Source of the DNA: the human T2T-CHM13v2.0 reference genome, Homo sapiens
Assembly (NCBI RefSeq): GCF_009914755.1
Contig: NC_060942.1
Length of the DNA stretch: 64,000 nt
Direction: 5' to 3' (one strand)
The notes below the pieces were generated by a model that did not search any database, was not told the DNA's origin, and saw only the letters and a program-made list of their open reading frames with translations. Positions 55,384 through 64,000 of this stretch are shown one piece after another; position 1 is the first letter of the stretch, and each line of letters begins with the position of its first letter. A program made the position numbers and the translations under genes.

Positions 55384-55676
55384 CAGTGCTGTCCAGTGGA
55401 AAGATCATACCTGGTGTTTCTGCTTTCTAGTAGCTACATTTAAAAGCTAAAAAGAAATAAGTAAAATTCTAATGTTTTTAACCTAATATATCAAAAGTTA
55501 CCATTTCAACATATATTCAATAGTTTAAAAATTATTGCTAGGATTTTACGTTCTTTTATCTTACCAAGTCTATGAAATTTGGTGTTTATTTTACACTGTA
55601 TATCAGTTCAGACCAGCCACATTTCAAGTGCCCAGTAGTCACACATAGCCATTGGCTACCATATTGGATAATGCAG
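55384..55676. mobile_element. MER33-like hAT MITE
   Basis: cagtgctgtcca...agccacatttcaagtgc...ggctaccatattggataatgcag. Confidence 0.75.
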
Positions 55677-56100
55677 ATCTGAAATAAATCTAAAATTGGG
55701 AACTAAAGTTTATCAGTGTCCTGATATAATAATCTACTTCAACATTTATGGTTCATTTTAATCATTGGTTTTGGAAACTATCTTGCTTAATTAATCCTGA
55801 ATCTTTGCTTGCTTAATTTAGACCATCAGTCCAATCAAGTTGGTATTATCTTTAAATAATATCACCATAAAGTTCTACTGTGTGTCTTTTAATAATGGGG
55901 TGTCTTTCCACTGTCACTAATCTCACATTGTACCTTACATGTATTATGAAGATATAAACGTGTGTATATATACCTGTATGTTTATAAATGGAATCCAGAT
56001 ACACATTCAGTTTAGGTATATAATAAGCTTTCCTCCTAAGTATACTATGTTAAATTTTGTCATTTTCCCCTCTCCCCTTCTCTCCTACTCCCCTTTCTAG

Positions 56101-56190
<90 letters not shown>

Positions 56191-57873
56191 TGAATACATA
56201 TCTTGTTACAAAGTAATTCAACCCTGGAGATATATGTGGGCTCACCTGAGGAAAAGTAATTTATGATCAAATAGAAATGTTAGTGTCTCTAAATTTTTCT
56301 CAGTTTTTTGGGAAAAGGTGTGTTTTCGTTTTTAAGCATTAAATTGGTTTTAAGCTTTGTAAATTGTAATTGTATTTGCTTTTGAAACTATCGAAGCCAT
56401 CAGAAGAATTCTTTTATGTTGTCAGGGCACTTTATAACTTCTTATTATATAGGAGGTTTCTATAAAGATTAGACTGGCTTTTAACATTTCTGTGACTTTG
56501 AGCATGTTGCTGCTTCATTCTGGACCTCCATTTTCAAATCTAAAAACATTATGTGTTAAGTTTCTTTACAAATCCTTTATCATCAATAGGGTCAAAATGC
56601 TCATTATATTTGTTCAGTGCTTTTTCAGACTAATTGGTAAAGGACCAATCATGGAAGCTCCACCCCTTACCTCTTCCAGTTATTACCGTCTTCCTTCCTG
56701 TTGTGCATGCCATGCACACACTCATGTAGACACACACATGCACACACCACAAACCCTCTCCTGATTTGGTCTTATTTAGAGTTCCGTTTATCTTAGCATA
56801 CATCTCTATAGTCTCTGATTTAGTTGTGCCCATTTTTGAACTTGATATACAATTATTTTCCTTTGCATAAGACTTCTTTCACTCAGCATCATGAGATTCT
56901 GTGGCATATAGCTATAAATTCATTCATTTCCATTGCTGTATAGAAGTCCATTGTGTGAACACACTACTATTTTCCATTCTGTTAATGGCTATTTGCATTT
57001 TCAATTTTGGGCTATTACAAATAATCTTTATAACACTGGTGCTCATATAAAAGTAAAATTGCTGGGTCATAAGTTCATAGATGTGTATATTTAAATATAG
57101 ATGTGTATGTTAGATGTTAAATATAGATGTTAAACATAGATGTGTGTGTTTAACTTGAGTAGCTTGAGGGTTTATTTCTTTTTAATACATAGCCTTGCTA
57201 GAGTGCAATGCCTAGAGTGCAGTGGCTCACTGCAACCTCTGCTTCCCTGGCTCAAGCGAGCCCCCTGCCTCAGCCTCCCAAGTAGCTAGGACTACAGGAA
57301 TGTGCTGCTATGCCCAGCAAATTTATTTATTTATTTATTTTGTGTGTGTGTGGAGACTGGGTTTCACCAAGTTGCTCTGGCTAGTCTCGAACTCCTGAGC
57401 TCAAAGCCATCTGCCCACCTCAGCCTCCCAAAATGGTGGGATTACAAGCATGAGCCACCGTGCCCGGCCCTTCCCAACACGGTTTTGTGGGTCTTTTCAG
57501 GTGTAATCTTCTGGTGGACATGTAATAGAGTGGCATCACACTTACTCTTAATTTGCATTTCCCTGTTTATCATATATTTATTGGCCACTTAGATTACCTT
57601 TTGTGAAGTGCCTTTTTTGAGTATCTTAATAACTTTTGTATTATTTTTTATATTAATTTGTAGGAGTTCTTTATATATTAGAGATACAAGCCTTTTGTTT
57701 AGACATCTTTGCCTATCCTGTGGCTTGCTTTCTCATTTTATGATATCTTGAACAGCAGTGGTTAATTTTTATATAAGCAAATGTGTTAATCATCTTTTTT
57801 ATAGTTGATCTTCTTTGTGTCCTGTTTAAGTCTTTCCTTACATTTAGGTCATCAACACATTTTACTATATTAT

Positions 57874-58421
57874 TGTGTTGGGGGTTCCCAATACCAATGC
57901 CAGGTTTGATGATTCACCAGGAGGACTCACAGGACTTAATATATAGCTGGGCTCATAGCTATGTTTTATTGAAACAAAAGGATTCAAAGTGAAATGATCA
58001 AGGTAAAAAGCTCATGGGGTGATGTCCAAGGGAAAGCAGACACAGAGGAAGCTTTCCAAGGATTCTGTCTTGGTGAAGTCACAGAGTATGTGCTTAATTC
58101 CCCAACAATAAATTGTGACAATGCGTATAAAATGTTGTCAACCAGGGAAGCTCACTGGGGACTCAGCATTCAGGGTTTTTGTTAGGGTGTGGTCACATAG
58201 GCAGCCTCTGCCTAGCAAATACCAGATTTTCAGAAGAAAAGCAAGTGTGTAGCATAAACCATATTAGTGCAGTGGTTTAGGCAATGTGAGCCACTCATAT
58301 CAGTTAAAGGTGAGAACCCTCCTGAAATCTAAACTCACAGATGTCTGCGAAGGGCCCATCTTGCAAGCAGACAAGTGCTTCTAAGGATAGCACTTTAGGT
58401 TTGCTGTGTTCTTTTTATACA
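57874..58421. mobile_element. MER77/MER21-family ERVL solo LTR
   Basis: tgtgttgggggttccc...aggactcacagga...ctaaggatagca...taca; flanks attat/gttat. Confidence 0.7.
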
Positions 58422-58719
58422 GTTATACGTGGAATTGATTTTTTTTTTTTTTAATGTATAGTGTGAGGCCAGGTGCGGTGGCTCACACCTATAATCCCAG
58501 CACTTTGGGAGGCAGAGGCAGGCAGATCACATGAGGTCCATCGTAAATGATATCTCCTAAAACATTTTTATTTTCTGTTGTTTTTGGTTAGAGAGATGCA
58601 ATTGATTTATGTATATTGACCTTGTAGCAGTTATCTTTGTTAAACTCCTTCATTTCTTATTTTAAATAATTAATTAATTAATTTAGAGACAGGGTCTCAC
58701 TATGTCACCCAGGCTGTAG

Positions 58720-58827
<108 letters not shown>

Positions 58828-59089
58828 TGACTTATGATTTTATTTTTTGTGGAGACAGGGTCTTACTATGTTGTCTGGGCTTGTCTTAAACTCTTGGGCC
58901 TTAGCCTACCAACTAGCTGGGACTATGGGCCCACACCACCACACTTGGTTGATTTTTTAATTTTTGTGGACTCAAGGTCTCATTGCAGGTCTTGAACTCC
59001 TGAGTTCAAGCAATCCTCCCACCTCAGCCTCCCAAAGTGCTGGGATTACAGATGTGAGCCACCACTCCTGGCTCTGATTTTATTTGTAG

Positions 59090-59386
<297 letters not shown>

Positions 59387-61665
59387 TAGCCAGGATGATC
59401 TCGATCTTCTGACATTGTGATCCACCCGCCTTGGCCTCCCAAAGTGCTGGGATTACAGGTGTGAATCACCGCCCTCGGCCGTGTATTTTCTTTTTCTTAT
59501 CATACCACAGCATCTTGGATTTACAGCAAAATGTTAAATAGACATGATGAGAGTGATCATCCTAATCTGGTTTCGAATCTCAAAGGGAACATTTCAGCAT
59601 TCCACCACTAAGTGTGATGTTTGCTTTAGAGTTTTTCTTTTATCAAACTGTTCATTTCTAAGTCTTAATTATAAATTGACTTCAGATTTCATCATCTATT
59701 GAGGCACTATGTGATATTTTTCCTTTACTTTTAAAATCCTTTAAGACATTATTACTTTACTTTTTAATGTGGTAATTATAGTACATTAGTTTTCTGAATG
59801 GTCAGCCAACCTTGCAATTACTGGAATAAACCCAATTTTATCATGTTGTATTATTTTTATATATCGATGGAGGTGTTTTGCTAATATTTTCTTAGGATTT
59901 TTGCATCTACCTTGATCTTTGAAATTAACCTGCATTTTCTTTCTTACACATTCTTAGTTTGCTGTCTACATCATGTAGCCCTCACAAAAGTAGGAAGAAA
60001 TTTTCCCTCAGTCTTGGTTTATTCTTAGGAGAATCTTAAGAGTGTTATTCCTTCCTTAAATGGTGATAGATTCATCAACGAAGCCATCTGAGCCTGGTGT
60101 TTTTGTGGGGGGAAGGTTTTAGTGATGGATTCAGTTTGTTCAAATTCAGAAGTTATAGAACTATTTGTATTTCCTGTCTCTTGCTCAGTTTTGATATCTT
60201 GTAATTATCAAACTATCTTTTTTTTCTGAGACAGAGTCTCGCTCTGTTTCCCAGGCTGGAGTGCAGTGGCATGATCTCAGCTCACTGCAACCTCCACCTC
60301 CCTGTTCAAGCGATTCTCCTGCCTCAGCCTCCCAAGTAGCTGGAACTATAGGCATGCACCACCACTGTCTGTCAGACTATCAATTTTATCTAAATAAATA
60401 GATAATTTAAATAAATAGGCTGTCAGACTATTAATTTTATCTAAATTTTCAAATTTGTTGTTCATACCGTTCTGTTTATTTTCTGTAAGATCTGTGATCT
60501 CTCATTCTTGACACTATTTGTACTCTCTTGTGGCTTGATTAATCGTAGTAAGAGATTTCAATTTTTTAGATCTTTTAAAGAACAAACTTTGGGCTTTTAA
60601 AATATATTTTATGTGTTTTATTTAATTTCATTTACTTTGCATTTCATTTGTTCTTTTATTAAAACTGCTTGAGAAGGTTTTTTAGCTCATTTATTTTGGT
60701 CACACACACAAAACATGTATATGTGTATATGTATGTAGAGCTGTACATTTCTAAGCATAACTTTAATAGCATTCACAAGTTTTATGTATTTTATTTTTAT
60801 TAGTATTTGGATCAAAAATTGTTTTTTCTTTTTTCTTTTTTTGAACCAGAGTGTTGCTCTTTCATCCTGGCTGGAGGGCCATGGTGTGATTATAACTCAT
60901 TACAGCCTTGAACTCCTGGATTCAAGCAATCCTCCCACCTTAGTCTCCTTAGTAGCTAGGACTACAGATGTGTGCCACCACACCCAGCTAATTTTTTTTT
61001 TTTAATTTGGTAGATATCAGGGCCTCACTGTGTTGCCCAGATTGGTCTCAAACTCTTGGTCTCAAGCAGTCCTCTCACTGCAGCTTCCCAAAGTGCTGAT
61101 TACAGGCATGAGCCACTGAGCCCACCCTTGGATTAAAATATTTTCTAATTTTCATTGTGATTTCATCCTTTGACCATGGCTTATTCAGATGTTTACTGAA
61201 TTGTGAAATTTAGTTTACCCTGTATGATTTCAGTCCTTTGAAATTAGTTGTTATTTGTTTTTGTGCTGGGAATATAGTCAATTTTTGTATATGTTCCAAA
61301 TATACTAGATAATAATGTGATTTTTGCATTTGAGGTACAGTGTTCTATATCTTTTATATTTTTTGTCTGTTTCACCTAGCAGTGTAGTAAATCTCCAAGT
61401 ATGAACGAAGATTTGTCTATTTTTTCTCTTAGTTTACATAAGAGAACAAATACATATTTTGAGGCTTTGTTATTAGGTACATACAGACTTAGATTATTAT
61501 TATTATTTTTTTCTTGCAAATTAAACCTTTTATTATTATGAAGTATTCTTTTTCTCTAGTAACGTTTTTGCCTTAAAGTTTACTTTGGTAATAGTATACC
61601 AACTTTCCCTATGAATGACATGAAAAAGCCACTTTGGGAATCATGAGGATTAGTGTTTGCATATA

Positions 61666-61686
61666 TAGATAGATAGATAGATAGAT
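61666..61686. repeat. (TAGA)n tetranucleotide repeat, about 5 units
   Basis: Read directly. Confidence 0.85.
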
Positions 61687-63182
61687 ATATTCTTTTAAGT
61701 GTATCTTTTGTAAATGGCATTATCGTTTTTTTCCTGATAATCTTTGTCTTCTCGTTGAAAGTTTAGGTCTTACATATACCAATTCACTTGGTTTTGGATC
61801 TGTTTTGTTTTCTGTATGATCTAACTGTTTTTTCCCTTCTCTTTCCTGTTTTCCTTTTTGATTTATTGTTTCTAATAGTCATTTTCTGGTAGTTATACAA
61901 TCTTTCACTGTTCTCTAAGTGATTTCCTTGGAGATTTGTAACGTGTATACTTGACATGCCAGTATCTAGTAACAATTTGTATTTTTTTACCTTCTTAAGC
62001 AGTGCATGGATCTTAGAACATTTACTTCCATTCCCTTCTCCCAATTTACATGCCTTTTTGTTGTGAATGTTAAACCTATCAAGGCATCATTTTTATTGCC
62101 TACAATCAGTGTTTATTGGGATTTACTCATTTATCCTTTCTGTTAATCTTTAACTCAAGGCTTTCATCTGGTATTGTTTTCCATCTTAGGAAGTTCCTTC
62201 AATATGTCTGCTGGTGATGAATTATCTTATTTTTACCTGAAAATATCTTTATTCCACCTTCATACTTGAAGGATATTTTTACTGCATATGGTATTCAAGG
62301 TCAGCAATTTCTTAACCACCATCCTTCACTATCTCATTCTGTTGTCAGTCTCATTATTGTTTTAAAAAAATGTATTTTCCCTCCTTTGGTTATTTTGTGG
62401 TTGGTTCCTCCCCTGCCCCCACCCCATCCCCTGCCCAGCAGTTTTACTATGATATGTCTATGTGGATTTCTTTTTTACATCCTGCTTGGTTTTCACGGGC
62501 TTTGATTTCGTGGTCTTCAGTTTTTAAAAATTTTGCCATTCTTTTACCTCTCTTCCTTCCAGATGATTACTTTGAACTATCTTCAGTTAACTAATTCTCT
62601 CTTCAGTGACATCTGATTTTCTGTTAAGTCCCTCCTTCAGTTGCCAATTTCTGTTTGACGTTTTCAGTTAATCAATGTATTAAAGTCTGCCTAGAGTTCC
62701 TTTAGGTCTGTTGTGATTTTCTCTTAGTTTCTGTTGGTTTTCATTCTAGTTCTGTCCTTCATGTATCTGGTGATTCTATTATTGTTGTACTAGACATTTT
62801 ATTTATGAATATTTATAGAAATAATTGGATATATAGGATAAGAGTGTGTTACATTTGCTTCTGTCCGTTGTCTGGGCTGCTACCCATCTATTACCACTTC
62901 AGTTTCAGAGATTGACATGATTCAAAGGAAGTTGCATTTCTTTTGCAAGCTGGTCTGCTTTAGGTTTACCTGTGCTGCTAGAATTTACTCCCAGGACTAA
63001 AGCATCCTTAAATATGAAATTTATATCCCAGGGCCTCCTTTCTATCTTATATTCTACTAAGTTATTTTTTACTTTAGCTTGTTAACTCTAACATTTTCAA
63101 GCAATTTTTTTTTTTTTTTTTTGTACAGCTGTTTTCATCATGAAGGGTTGGCCTGCCATTTGGAAGCAGAAGTCCGTTTTAA

Positions 63183-63497
<315 letters not shown>

Positions 63498-64000
63498 TTG
63501 TTTAAATTCTCAATATAACTTTCTTAGGAATTACCATCTCAGAGAAAACAATATAGAGAAAGGTTAAATAATTTTCTTCAAGGTTGCATAGATGTTACAG
63601 TGTCGGGATTTGAATTCAAGTATGTATTCAAAGCCTGTGCTTTGTACTGCATTGAGCCGGTATTTTGAGAATATGAATGACATGCAAAAGCTACCCTAGG
63701 GATCATGAGCCACATCGCACATATTGTAGAATATTATTCATATTTTCTTTGTGGTAAAGCGTGACCAAAAATAGGTTAATAAGTGTACCTCTTCTTAGGC
63801 ACTGAGTTCATTATTGGTAATTGATTCACAGTAAATACCTTGTATGTGTAGTTAAATATTTCAAATAGTACTTGAATGGAAAAAAAGTTACATAGAAGAT
63901 CAGCAGGATGTTCTATAATTTTGAAATACAAAACTGTCGCTTAGAAATTCATAAAGTAGAAATGAAGCAAAATTTACTTGACATATAATTCAGCATTTTT

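Noticed and set aside
63500-64000. Next SMCHD1 exon and the intron-34 deep cryptic acceptor region
   Set aside because: No in-frame continuation was found before the window end, so positions relative to exon 35 cannot be assigned.

Overview
Eukaryotic, AT-rich genomic DNA, almost certainly human (it carries an AluYa5 with all five diagnostic bases). The whole window lies inside one + strand gene, SMCHD1. I traced 26 consecutive GT-AG coding exons (620..56165, 3306 nt). They splice into one open frame covering the end of the GHKL ATPase, the transducer and BAH regions and most of the long linker (about residues 347-1449; exons 9-34 by recalled numbering). Introns are filled with Alu, L1, L2, MIR, MaLR/ERVL LTRs and hAT/Tigger MITEs. 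Nearly all non-exonic ORFs in the track are repeat-derived or chance ORFs. I found no prokaryote-type system or novel gene. Best second-look signals: a snaR-related (ASR/CAS-like) small Pol III element nested in an Alu linker; a 33-bp templated insertion copied from 1.36 kb upstream across exon 29; an in-frame 63-nt alternative acceptor at exon 27; a ~110-aa Ig-like repeat in the linker; a young AluYa5; an antisense THE1-type LTR with a DUX4-like site; and several cryptic or recursive splice signals. Repeat subfamily names and exon/residue numbers come from memory, not from searches, and repeat boundaries are approximate.
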